Shown here in pieces: positions 45,325 to 54,299 of a stretch of 63,133 bases of DNA. The position numbers were made by a program, and so were the translations under genes. Every line of letters begins with the position of its first letter. The first letter of the stretch is position 1. Location: IMG/VR virus record IMGVR_UViG_3300005534_000015, positions 1-63,133 of that record; one strand, given 5' to 3'. Source of the DNA: a virus. Taxonomy: Duplodnaviria; Caudoviricetes. The notes beneath the pieces were generated by a model. That model worked only from the letters and a program-made list of their open reading frames with translations. It had not been told where the DNA came from and did no database searches.

Positions 45325-46035
45325 ATGTCAGAGACTCACACCATTAACGCCGACCGTAACTTTGAGGTCAAGGTAGCCCCTTGCCTTATTACCAAGCAGT
45401 TCGACCGCTGCATCGTCGTTAAGCTCGGGACCGTCGTCCTTCCCGCCGATGAGTTGAACGAGGAACGGGTCGTGGAGGTAATGGGGTCCTTCTCCCGAGA
45501 AGGGCTCGATACGCTGCGCCGCGATCTGGAATCGGTGCCGGACCCGATTGGCCTGCCGACGCAGGAAGCGGTCAACCGCGACACGCCTTATCAATGGGCC
45601 GTCGTCATGGAGGACGGCGAGCATTACCAGCAGTACCCGGTGGAAGGCGGCGAGACGCCGTTTTCCAGCATTCACCTGCCCGACGTCGATCAGTTCTGGA
45701 TCATGCCCCGCGAAAACCCGAACGCGCTCCCCTGGTATGGGTTGATGCGCGGGAAGGGCTGGTTCGAGCGCGGCACGGATGGGGTGACGCGGCCCATGAA
45801 CCTGCCGCATCCCGGTGACGAGCCGTTCGAATGGCATTACTACCGGCATAACGTGATCACCTTTGCAATGGGTGGGGGCGAGTGCGAGACGCTGCCGCCG
45901 CACGTCGTGCAGTGCCTTGGCTGGCGGCTTCCGCGGACGAACCAGGTGGATGTAGTCTTCGAGATCGGGGTGGAATTCGAGGGGAGCTGGCAGGTCTGGA
46001 AGAGAGAGCCGCTCGACGACCCGAGATGGGAATAG
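45325..46035 (+). CDS. Hypothetical protein
   Basis: 236 aa; AAGGA RBS. Confidence 0.6.
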   Translation: MSETHTINADRNFEVKVAPCLITKQFDRCIVVKLGTVVLPADELNEERVVEVMGSFSREGLDTLRRDLESVPDPIGLPTQEAVNRDTPYQWAVVMEDGEHYQQYPVEGGETPFSSIHLPDVDQFWIMPRENPNALPWYGLMRGKGWFERGTDGVTRPMNLPHPGDEPFEWHYYRHNVITFAMGGGECETLPPHVVQCLGWRLPRTNQVDVVFEIGVEFEGSWQVWKREPLDDPRWE

Positions 46036-46046
46036 GTCAGGTCTAA

Positions 46047-47072
46047 ATGGCAGCAGTGGAACAATTTGCGAACCTCAATGTGAGCCTTGGTCAGGCTCAG
46101 ACCTCGATCAATCAGGGCGGCGGCATCGGCTCCGGTGATACCTCAATGACGGTCGGAGGCCACACTGGCTTTCCATCCGTGGCCCAATATCGCTGCCTGA
46201 TTGAGAACGAGCTGATTCTGGTCACCGGCGGCGCTGGAACCAATACCTGGACCATTCAGCGGGGCATTGAGGGGACGACCGCCGCCGCGCACGCCAACAG
46301 CACGCTCGTTACCCACATCCTGACGGCCGGCGGCCTGGAAGGCGTCTGCGGGCAGACGGTCCTTTCCGATGTCTACGCCAACCTCCCTTCGGCCGGGACC
46401 GTGGGCAAGCTCTATCTCCCGACAGATGGCTACGCGCTGCAGCGCGATGGCGGGTCCGCATGGTCCCTCTTTGGCCCGATGTGGCCCCTGACGCTGCCGC
46501 CCGCCCTTGGAAGCTGGACGCAGGTCAACGGCACCGGGGCCACCTTCTCGACGTTAGCCGGGGCCATCAATATTCTGGCGAACGCCAACTCATCCAACGA
46601 CCGCAAGATTCTGGCGATGGCCGCGCCGGCAACACCCTATACGATTACCGCCCTCCTCGTCCCCGACATCTACGCCCAGCAGTTCAACGCCATTGGCGTA
46701 GGATGGCGCGACAGCAGCACGGATCACCAGGCTTTTATCTGTTTCAACGACGGGGGATCGTCCACAGCGGGCGGCGCGCAAGGAGAAATTGAACTCCGCT
46801 CGGTCAACTCTCTGAGTTCGACCGGGTTCTATTCCGGTTACGTGACGCTGGTGGCGTCGACGGTGCCGGCGTTCATCTGGCTGCGGATTCGGGACGACGG
46901 AACAAACCGCATCGTTTCCTATTCGCACGATGGGTTGTTCTTCCGCCAGATTCACTCCATTGCGCGCACCACCGATGTCGCTAACCCGAACCAGGTCATG
47001 TTTTTCGCCGAGAGCATTAACGCGACTTATCAGGCAGCCGTTACCCTCCTCTCCTGGGCTGTTACCAGTTAA
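46047..47072 (+). CDS. Tail fibre / receptor-binding-like protein with lectin-like C-terminus
   Basis: IENELILVTG...TIQRGIEGTTAAAH N-terminal module; WLRIRDDGTN...SYSHDG concanavalin-like pattern. Confidence 0.6.
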   Translation: MAAVEQFANLNVSLGQAQTSINQGGGIGSGDTSMTVGGHTGFPSVAQYRCLIENELILVTGGAGTNTWTIQRGIEGTTAAAHANSTLVTHILTAGGLEGVCGQTVLSDVYANLPSAGTVGKLYLPTDGYALQRDGGSAWSLFGPMWPLTLPPALGSWTQVNGTGATFSTLAGAINILANANSSNDRKILAMAAPATPYTITALLVPDIYAQQFNAIGVGWRDSSTDHQAFICFNDGGSSTAGGAQGEIELRSVNSLSSTGFYSGYVTLVASTVPAFIWLRIRDDGTNRIVSYSHDGLFFRQIHSIARTTDVANPNQVMFFAESINATYQAAVTLLSWAVTS

Positions 47073-47086
47073 AGTGAAGGTGAACC

Positions 47087-47515
47087 GTGGCATTCACTGG
47101 AGGGCTGGGCACAGCGAGCAGCGGGCTGTCCAACATCGGGCTGGGATCGCTGGGGGGTTCAGCGACCGTCCGAACGGTCCAGGCGAAGGCCAACATCTAT
47201 GGTAAATCGACCCGCACCGTCCAGGCCCGCGCCCGCATCGGGTTCAAGACGACCACGCAGACGGTTCAGGCCCGCGCCAACATCCTCATTACGGTTACGG
47301 CGACCTGTGAAGTCGATTTCAATGTCTTCCCGACCATCACGCAGCGATGCCTCGTTCAGTTCAATGCCAGCGACAAGGTGGTTTCGTATCGAACGGTTCA
47401 GGCGAAGGCGCGAATACTGCAGACGACGACGGCGACGTTAGGCGTGACCTACACCGTTAATTACCCCATGCCGAACGGCATTTTCCGGCCAACGGAACGG
47501 ACGACGTTTAGCTAA
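47087..47515 (+). CDS. Minor tail protein with TVQA(K/R)A(N/R)I repeats
   Basis: Four clear repeat units. Confidence 0.6.
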   Translation: MAFTGGLGTASSGLSNIGLGSLGGSATVRTVQAKANIYGKSTRTVQARARIGFKTTTQTVQARANILITVTATCEVDFNVFPTITQRCLVQFNASDKVVSYRTVQAKARILQTTTATLGVTYTVNYPMPNGIFRPTERTTFS

Positions 47516-47526
47516 GGAGCCAACCG

Positions 47527-49392
47527 ATGGCAACGCTGCGAACCGTTCAGAGCCGCGCAAACATCTTCGCGAAATCGACGCGTACCGTCCAGGCCCGCGC
47601 CCGGATTGGCTTTGCGACCCAGACCGCACAGGCAAAAGCGAACATTCGCCTGCCGCTGCCCGCGACCGACGGCGGCTCTGTTTATCAGGTCATCGGCTGG
47701 AACGTCGAAGACGACCTCACCTCCCTTTGCCGAACCTTTAACGTCCGCCTGAAGGGCAAAGCGGATCTGCAGGTCGGCAGCCCGATCACGATCAAAGGCG
47801 GTTACGACAACAATAACGTCACCCTCGTCAACGGCATTGTCGATGAGGTCGTATTGGATACGGCCACGAACTCCCTGGAGACCATCGTTCAGGGGCGGGA
47901 CAGCGGCGCACGCGAGCTGCAGTCGATCCGCACGACCTTCTCCATTCCCTCCGAACCGCCGCTCGCGATGCCGCTGGCCAAAGGGGTGATCGGCAATGCC
48001 GTCGGTATATCAGGGCTGACGGTCGGGTCCCTGGATTTTCTGGATTACCCGCTCTTTGCCACCTACACAGCTATTGGCCGCACCGCGCCGGAAGTGATCG
48101 CTGAGCTGGTGCAGCCGTTCAACCAGTTCCCCAGTCAGCAGTATCACACCCGCATCGCGAACCGACTGGTTTCCGTCGTCGCCGTCAACTACAATCAGAT
48201 TTCCGGCTTTGGCGGGTTCGTTTCGGTTCCCCGGTCTCTCATCTATCGGATGCAGCGGCGGCAGCTTCTCTACCTGGACCAGCCGCGCCTGAACGAGATC
48301 CAGCAGATCGTCATCCGCGGCGCGGCCTACACCGTCCCGAAGACGAACCTTGGCACGGTGACCAAGAACGAATACTTCCGCACCACCGAGATGCAGGAGA
48401 TCGCGCAGGGAGTGCAGGGCCAGGTCATCGCGCCGGGCGACAGCGTGCAGACCGGGGCAAACCCGGCCGCCTATCAAGAGGTCGTCACCGAGGTCTCCAC
48501 GTCCAGTACCGTCTACGGCGACAAGCTCTTGAACAATACGGAGGAGATCGTCGTCAACGGCGTGCTCACGACGCGGACGACGGAACGGTACTGGTATACG
48601 GAACCGGGAAACATCACGCCGGCCGGTGGCCCGGTCGCTCTCGACGCGGCCTCGCTGGTCAATCAGAGCACGAGCCCTTCGGCGGACGCGCTGCTGTTCA
48701 TGACCTCCATCGTGCGCTCCGGATTGGTGGCCTCGGGCAGCGGCACCGTGTTTCAGGACCTCGAACGCTCGGTTAGAGAGTGCTTCTACGATGCGGCCGG
48801 CAACCTCGCCTGTGAGGCGACCACGACCCAGAGCTACGACACGAGCCTGCTGCAGTGGAAGCTCGCGGAGATGAGCGTGCGCACCCATGCCGAGGCGACG
48901 TCGGGGGCCGTCCGCACGCAGCTTTTGAATCTTCAATACGACGGCACGGTGTTCGAATTCAACAACAGCGCGACGCAGGTCGTCGCCGGCGGACGGCCCA
49001 GCACGACCCAGCGCGGCTCACGGCGCAGTGTGATCACCGTGCAGGCGCAGTCGCCCTTCGGGGAGCTGGACGGCAGCGGGAACCCGATTGACCCCGGTAC
49101 CGGCCTGTTCACCTGGTCCTACGAAAGCCCCTATCTCGGGCAGAGCATGTGCGACGTCGTGTTCGGGAACGCCGTCGAGGAGAAATCGCTGCAGTTGACA
49201 AACCCGCGCTGGGAACAGGTCGATCTCGAATGCCCGCTCCTGCCGCACGTCTACGCCGGACAGATTTTGCAGGTCGAGGTAACGACAGGCACCTTCCTCA
49301 CCTACATTCTGGATACGGTGGCCCATCAGTTCGAATCCAATCAGGCGGCGACCCGCCTATCGGGCCGGCGCATTACGACGACCCCTCTTTAA
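47527..49392 (+). CDS. Tail tip/hub protein
   Basis: N-terminal TVQ repeats; LVNGIVDEV...VQGRDSG hub-like region. Confidence 0.6.
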   Translation: MATLRTVQSRANIFAKSTRTVQARARIGFATQTAQAKANIRLPLPATDGGSVYQVIGWNVEDDLTSLCRTFNVRLKGKADLQVGSPITIKGGYDNNNVTLVNGIVDEVVLDTATNSLETIVQGRDSGARELQSIRTTFSIPSEPPLAMPLAKGVIGNAVGISGLTVGSLDFLDYPLFATYTAIGRTAPEVIAELVQPFNQFPSQQYHTRIANRLVSVVAVNYNQISGFGGFVSVPRSLIYRMQRRQLLYLDQPRLNEIQQIVIRGAAYTVPKTNLGTVTKNEYFRTTEMQEIAQGVQGQVIAPGDSVQTGANPAAYQEVVTEVSTSSTVYGDKLLNNTEEIVVNGVLTTRTTERYWYTEPGNITPAGGPVALDAASLVNQSTSPSADALLFMTSIVRSGLVASGSGTVFQDLERSVRECFYDAAGNLACEATTTQSYDTSLLQWKLAEMSVRTHAEATSGAVRTQLLNLQYDGTVFEFNNSATQVVAGGRPSTTQRGSRRSVITVQAQSPFGELDGSGNPIDPGTGLFTWSYESPYLGQSMCDVVFGNAVEEKSLQLTNPRWEQVDLECPLLPHVYAGQILQVEVTTGTFLTYILDTVAHQFESNQAATRLSGRRITTTPL

Positions 49393-49394
49393 CG

Positions 49395-49640
49395 ATGAAC
49401 ATTTTTGATCTCATTCAATCCCCTGAGAACCGGTCGCGGGTCGGGTCGCAGACGATGACGAACGGGACCATCATCGGGCCGGACGGACCCCGCTATCAGG
49501 TGACGGTGGCCGGCATCGCCTACACGGCCGATTCAGCGGTGACCGGGCTGCGGCCGGGGGACCGGGTGTGGGTCGTGATGGGCTGGGGCAGCCCTAAAGT
49601 GATCGGTCTCCTGGGGCCGGACCAGAACGCCAAAGCATGA
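49395..49640 (+). CDS. Small tail-tip protein (OB-fold-like)
   Basis: LRPGDRVWV motif; start MNIFDLIQ. Confidence 0.55.
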   Translation: MNIFDLIQSPENRSRVGSQTMTNGTIIGPDGPRYQVTVAGIAYTADSAVTGLRPGDRVWVVMGWGSPKVIGLLGPDQNAKA

Positions 49641-50662
49641 ACACCCGCGACCTGCTTCTCGGGGATGGGCCGGGTGATGAGCCCCGCGCGCGGCAGCGGC
49701 TCCTGCCGTCGCAGCCAGAGGGGACGGACCCGAACCGGGTCTATGTCGGCTCCGATATGGGGGAAATCGCCTACTCAGGAGAGAAGCCGCAGGCGGGCGA
49801 TATGATCACCATCATCGGGCAAGCGGCCCGGTTGGTGGCCCTGTCGCCGCAGACGCCGGGCCTGTCGATGCCGCTGTTCAGTAATCCCTGTTCCTGCAAA
49901 TGCCCCGGCAACAGCGGGGTCGCCTTTTACATGCAGAGCGCCTGCCGGAATTCGGTGATCGTGGCCCTCGACGCCCTGACGGGCGCGGTCCTTCAGGTCT
50001 TCGGGCTCGGCGATCTCTGGTATGGCCGCGGCATTGCCGTTGACAGCGCCAGCCCGCACAACCTCTACGTGCTGGATGATCGCCGGGTCTTGACGAAGCC
50101 GATCCTGACAACGGCCCTGACCCCGACGCGCGGCTACTTTACCCTGGTCGCGTTTACGCTGTCCGGAGGACAGTACCATGCGACGGCCTACACCGATCTG
50201 ACCGACCCGCTGCCGCCGCCTGCCGGCATCACCGGCTTTCCAGGGATCGCCTTCGAGACCCAGGACCAGGACCCGCCCGGCTTCACCCGACAGAGCCTCT
50301 CCGTTATTCAGGGCACGCTGCACCTGACGATGTATAACGCACCGGCCCGCTTCATGACTTTGAGCGGCGGGGTCGTCACCCCCGTCACCCTGAGCCAGAA
50401 CGGCGTCTCTGTGAACATGGGGCTGCGCGGTCAGATCGTGGCGATTAGCGACTCCCCCGCCCGGAGAACGAACCGGTACTGCATCGCGACGGATGGGGTG
50501 AACTATTTTGTGCTGGAGTTCAACGAGACGGGGGTTGTGACCAAGCAACTGGCCCTCGACGCCGAGCCGCAGCCCGCGCAGCTTGCCACGGTTTGCAATC
50601 AGATGCTCGTTCTTTCCACCGATCAGACGACGTTGATCCCTTCAACCGAAAACACTCCTTAG
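49637..50662 (+). CDS. Minor tail protein (beta-propeller-like)
   Basis: VALDALTGAVL, GRGIAVD...LYVLD. Confidence 0.55.
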   Translation: MNTRDLLLGDGPGDEPRARQRLLPSQPEGTDPNRVYVGSDMGEIAYSGEKPQAGDMITIIGQAARLVALSPQTPGLSMPLFSNPCSCKCPGNSGVAFYMQSACRNSVIVALDALTGAVLQVFGLGDLWYGRGIAVDSASPHNLYVLDDRRVLTKPILTTALTPTRGYFTLVAFTLSGGQYHATAYTDLTDPLPPPAGITGFPGIAFETQDQDPPGFTRQSLSVIQGTLHLTMYNAPARFMTLSGGVVTPVTLSQNGVSVNMGLRGQIVAISDSPARRTNRYCIATDGVNYFVLEFNETGVVTKQLALDAEPQPAQLATVCNQMLVLSTDQTTLIPSTENTP

Positions 50663-51916
50663 ATGGCCAAAGAGATTCAGCAGATCGACTTTTGCAAAGG
50701 GCGATTGACCAAGATCGCCAAAAGCTTCGACCTGGCGGCGCCCGTCGACACGGCGCCGCTGCTGGGTCTGGCCTCCCTCGGCTGCCGTCCGCTGGTCTCG
50801 CATCGCCAGGATGCCGGCAGCGAAATCCTCTCCCGCTTCAAGCAGGATAAGGGGACGATCACGGAGCAGATTCTGACGACCCCGAATGACAGCGGGGTCA
50901 CCGGAACGTTTCCGAACTTTGAGGAGTGTTTTCCTTACGGCGCGCTCATCGCGGGCCTCGTGGGCAGCAACCCGATTATCGGCTCCGCCACAAACCCGTT
51001 CCCGACGACCGAGCCGAACCGTACCCTGCTATGGACGGTGGGGAACGCCGGCTTTACCTCCGTGGTGAATGGCACGCCGAAGTCCCTGACCGGCGATCCG
51101 ACCGCCTTTGATCGCGGCTCCAGCGCGGAAGCGCAGGTCGGTTTCGGAGGGACGAACGGCGGTGCCTCGGGCGGCAACATGCTCGTTCAGTTGCCGCCGG
51201 ACAATCGCGAGTATACGGGCGGCGTTCGTCTGCGGGCCAACCATCATTACGTTCCGTTTATCGAGCTGCCTTACTCCCCGCTCCTGCAGCCGCTTCTCTT
51301 CCAATACAGCTCGGCGTTCGGCTATTCGATCATCCCCGGCTTCTTTACGGGTGGCCAGGCGGTGATCGGGACCAACGGAACGTGCGATGTCGAAGGCTAC
51401 GGCGCTCCAGTCGCGCCGTGCCTCGTCTCTGCCAACGGCGATTTCGCTCCGGCGCAGAGCAACGAGCTGAACGGGCCGTCCCTCTCCCGTCAGTACAATC
51501 TGTACCGGCTGGCCCCCTTTACGCTGCCCGGCTTCGGCGGCAGCTTTAATCAGACCTTTGATGTGCCGCAGTCCAAAATTCGGGCTTACCTGTGCGTTTA
51601 CGTTGACAGCAGTCGGATCGACAGCGTGGTCTGTCACGAGGGGGCGAACGCCGGGACGACGGCCGTTTCTCTCCCGACGCCGGGGAACGGGCCGCCGTCC
51701 GCTTTCACTCCGGTTTTCCCCGGCATTGCCTTCGATACGGTCTATCAATTTGCCGTGGTGGGAAACGAAGCGACTTATACCTTCGACGTGACGCATGGAG
51801 CGACCACGATTACCACGACGGCGAGCGCCTTTTTCACTCTCGGCGGCACTCACATTCGCGCCTTCGAGGTCTATCTGGACATGCACAAAACAGGAAACCC
51901 GAGCCTCGTCTGCTGA
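50663..51916 (+). CDS. Minor tail / host-recognition protein
   Basis: Gly/Thr/Phe-rich; last large gene of the tail module. Confidence 0.55.
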   Translation: MAKEIQQIDFCKGRLTKIAKSFDLAAPVDTAPLLGLASLGCRPLVSHRQDAGSEILSRFKQDKGTITEQILTTPNDSGVTGTFPNFEECFPYGALIAGLVGSNPIIGSATNPFPTTEPNRTLLWTVGNAGFTSVVNGTPKSLTGDPTAFDRGSSAEAQVGFGGTNGGASGGNMLVQLPPDNREYTGGVRLRANHHYVPFIELPYSPLLQPLLFQYSSAFGYSIIPGFFTGGQAVIGTNGTCDVEGYGAPVAPCLVSANGDFAPAQSNELNGPSLSRQYNLYRLAPFTLPGFGGSFNQTFDVPQSKIRAYLCVYVDSSRIDSVVCHEGANAGTTAVSLPTPGNGPPSAFTPVFPGIAFDTVYQFAVVGNEATYTFDVTHGATTITTTASAFFTLGGTHIRAFEVYLDMHKTGNPSLVC

Positions 51917-51970
51917 TCGCCATTATGCGGGATCCGGTACAATAAACATGAGACCTGACCCCGGAGAACA

Positions 51971-52279
51971 ATGATGCGGCGCGACTTCACCGACTCCCTT
52001 AATTTGCAGATGTCCGTGAAGCTGGCTTTCTCGCTATTGGCGGCATGTCTGACGGCGGGAGCCGGGGCTGTCTCCTGGGCTTACGCCTTCCAGCAGCGCA
52101 TTGTGGATCAAACGGATCAACGCCAGGTGATGCGCCTGAAAGCCTATCCTTCTTCGATGGAACTGGAACGGATGTTTCAGATATTGGAAGGGCAGCAGCA
52201 AGTCAATTACATGGACCTGCGAAACCGGCTCGATGCGATCCGCACGCTCGTCTACCAGCGAACCGCAAATCACCGCTGA
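51971..52279 (+). CDS. Single-TM protein with coiled coil (holin- or spanin-like)
   Basis: LAFSLLAACLTAGAGAVSWAYAF hydrophobic helix; CGGTACAATAA motif at 51935-51945. Confidence 0.5.
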   Translation: MMRRDFTDSLNLQMSVKLAFSLLAACLTAGAGAVSWAYAFQQRIVDQTDQRQVMRLKAYPSSMELERMFQILEGQQQVNYMDLRNRLDAIRTLVYQRTANHR

Positions 52280-52746
52280 CGTTCAGCCTTCAGCCATGGG
52301 GCGGTCCAGCCGACGGTCGGCACCCATGTCAGTTGACACTCCTCTTCGTCCAGCTCCCCGATAGTCCAGGTCTCCTGCGCTTTCATGCAGCAAACCGGCA
52401 GCATCCAGGCGCGGCTCTCGACGGCGCTGCCCATTTCGATGCGCACAACGCAAACGGCGAGGAATGGATCTCCTTGCTCGCGCTCATAAATCTCCAGGAG
52501 CCGGGGTAGTTGATGTCCGCGACAATGGAAGTTGCCGGGGTTGATCGCGACGTCGCCGGCGTGAAGCGGCTTCTTGCGCCCGTACTTCGTCAACTTGCAT
52601 TCGATGGGGTAGAAGTTGCCCATGTGGGCCATGCAGATGTCGAACGGCTTAACGACGGCTCTTGCCAGGTCAGGTATCTTGTAGACGAAGCAGCCCTGCG
52701 ATTTCAGACCGCGCATCAGACTGCTCTGGAAATCAACCTCTTTCAA
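52270..52746 (-). CDS. PD-(D/E)XK nuclease, Holliday junction resolvase-like (RecU/Hjc type)
   Basis: E..FQ, KIPD, KPFD, IECK, HQ; TTG start after AGGAG. Confidence 0.7.
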   Translation of the reverse strand: MKEVDFQSSLMRGLKSQGCFVYKIPDLARAVVKPFDICMAHMGNFYPIECKLTKYGRKKPLHAGDVAINPGNFHCRGHQLPRLLEIYEREQGDPFLAVCVVRIEMGSAVESRAWMLPVCCMKAQETWTIGELDEEECQLTWVPTVGWTAPWLKAERQR

Positions 52747-52756
52747 TGGCTTTCTC

Positions 52757-53008
52757 CTAACATAACCCCTGCGCGAACTGCAGCTTTTCGGCTGCTGCGG
52801 CTTTCGCGACTGCCTCGCGCAGCGAGCGGCCCACGACATGGACGCGTCCCTGCATCTTATCGCCGTGCCAGTAGGAGACGGCCCAGTAATCGCCGTCTTC
52901 TTCGCCCGAGGGTTGCGTGCCTTCTGGCTTTTTGACCCACCGCTCGACGGTGGCCCGGCGCTGGTCGATAAACGCTTGGGCTGCCTCTTCCGATTCAGGC
53001 CCGGTCAT
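52757..53008 (-). CDS. Hypothetical protein
   Basis: ATGA overlap with the cupin gene. Confidence 0.55.
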   Translation of the reverse strand: MTGPESEEAAQAFIDQRRATVERWVKKPEGTQPSGEEDGDYWAVSYWHGDKMQGRVHVVGRSLREAVAKAAAAEKLQFAQGLC

Positions 53009-53379
53009 GGCATCGTCCACCACAACTTGGCATCGGCTACAGGATCGAGTGCGTGGCTTTCGTTGATTCGGCAAACGTCTTCATCGGAATGTTGAGTGGA
53101 CACTTCTAGAAGAGTCATTCCCGTTAACGTCGCGAAACAATGCGGCGTACCGCGGGGGACATGTAGAGTCTCTCCGACTGACACCGGCCATAGGGTGGAT
53201 CCGACGACGATTACGCCGGAACCCGCAACGACGTGAAAACTCTCGGCCTTCTTTGGGTGATAATGAAGAGAGCAAACATATCCCGGAGAAATATAGAGCC
53301 ACTTCGAACAGAATTCGGGACGATTCGTAATGTAAACTTCTTCACCCCATATTTTGGTAACAACCCGTCCCTCATCCAT
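53005..53379 (-). CDS. Cupin, sugar-phosphate isomerase-like
   Basis: KIWGEE, SLHYHPKKAESF, VPRGTPH, LLEVST. Confidence 0.75.
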   Translation of the reverse strand: MDEGRVVTKIWGEEVYITNRPEFCSKWLYISPGYVCSLHYHPKKAESFHVVAGSGVIVVGSTLWPVSVGETLHVPRGTPHCFATLTGMTLLEVSTQHSDEDVCRINESHALDPVADAKLWWTMP

Positions 53380-53617
53380 TTTTACTCTCCTTCTCATCGG
53401 GAACCCACTGTTTCTCCGGTTTCGGCTGTTCGACCTTTGCCTCTTCCAGTATCTTGCGGGCGCCGGCCCGCAGAAGATCAGCGACGGTCATGTTGTTCTT
53501 CCGCGCAAACTTCATGAAACGCATCCATTCGTCCGGTTCAACGCTGGCCGAGACACGCACCGTATTCTGGTGAATCTTAAACTTGCCCCAATCCTTCAGG
53601 GTCGGGTCTTTCATCAT
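53372..53617 (-). CDS. Ribbon-helix-helix (CopG-like) regulator
   Basis: VRVSASVEPDEWMRFMKFARKNNMTVADLLR. Confidence 0.6.
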   Translation of the reverse strand: MMKDPTLKDWGKFKIHQNTVRVSASVEPDEWMRFMKFARKNNMTVADLLRAGARKILEEAKVEQPKPEKQWVPDEKESKNG

Positions 53618-54126
53618 CGTCGCTTCCTCCTCTTCGCCCCAGGAAGGGCCTGCAGCCGCTCCAGGAGGACCGTTGTGCGATGTTCCGAGAGGTAGGGCAG
53701 GGTATGGACCTCTCCCCCGTATTTTTGGACCACAGCGGCTTCAGGGAGGTCCTCGATGCGCCGATCCGGCCCCTTCACGTAAGCGTGCGGCTGGATCACT
53801 TCAAGAACGCCTTCCGGTGTGTCGTCATCGAAGACGACAATGGTGTCCACCGCCTCCAGGGCCGCCAGCATCAGCACCCGGTCCCGGACGGCGAAAAGAG
53901 GACGCTCTTTCCCTTTGAGGCGGGTTACGCTCGCATCGGAATTCAAGCAGACAATCAGGTGCGTTCCATAATGACACCGGGCCTGATGGAGGAACAGGAC
54001 ATGCCCTGGATGAAGCAGATCGAAGCAGCCGCTCGTCGCGACGATATGGTTGCCTAGCGACCGGAGAATCTGACAGTGCTCGCGGATCTGCGACAGGCGA
54101 ACGACCTTATGTTCGAGGCGGAGCAT
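53614..54126 (-). CDS. Heptose-1-phosphate nucleotidyltransferase (HldE domain II / HldC-like)
   Basis: TSGCFDLLHPGH, LNSDASVTRLKGKERP, FDDDTP, VKGPD, RTT. Confidence 0.88.
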   Translation of the reverse strand: MLRLEHKVVRLSQIREHCQILRSLGNHIVATSGCFDLLHPGHVLFLHQARCHYGTHLIVCLNSDASVTRLKGKERPLFAVRDRVLMLAALEAVDTIVVFDDDTPEGVLEVIQPHAYVKGPDRRIEDLPEAAVVQKYGGEVHTLPYLSEHRTTVLLERLQALPGAKRRKRR

Positions 54127-54299
54127 CAGGCATCGACTCCCGCGCCAGCGCGGAGACCGTCGACAACCTCCTGGGGCAGGGAGATGAGGTGATCGCAGTA
54201 CTCCCAGGCGTAGTCGTTCGTGCGGGAGTAATAGTAGACGGGGTTGCCGCGATAGAAGACGCCCTCGACGGGCACCCAGCAGTTATAGAGTGACGGCAT
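54126..54299 (-). CDS. Small hypothetical protein
   Basis: MPSLYNCW start after GGAGG; TGATG overlap. Confidence 0.5.
   Translation of the reverse strand: MPSLYNCWVPVEGVFYRGNPVYYYSRTNDYAWEYCDHLISLPQEVVDGLRAGAGVDA

Noticed and set aside
49325-49345. GTTCGAATCC, resembling a tRNA T-loop
   Set aside because: Inside a coding region with no cloverleaf; no tRNA was recognised in the window
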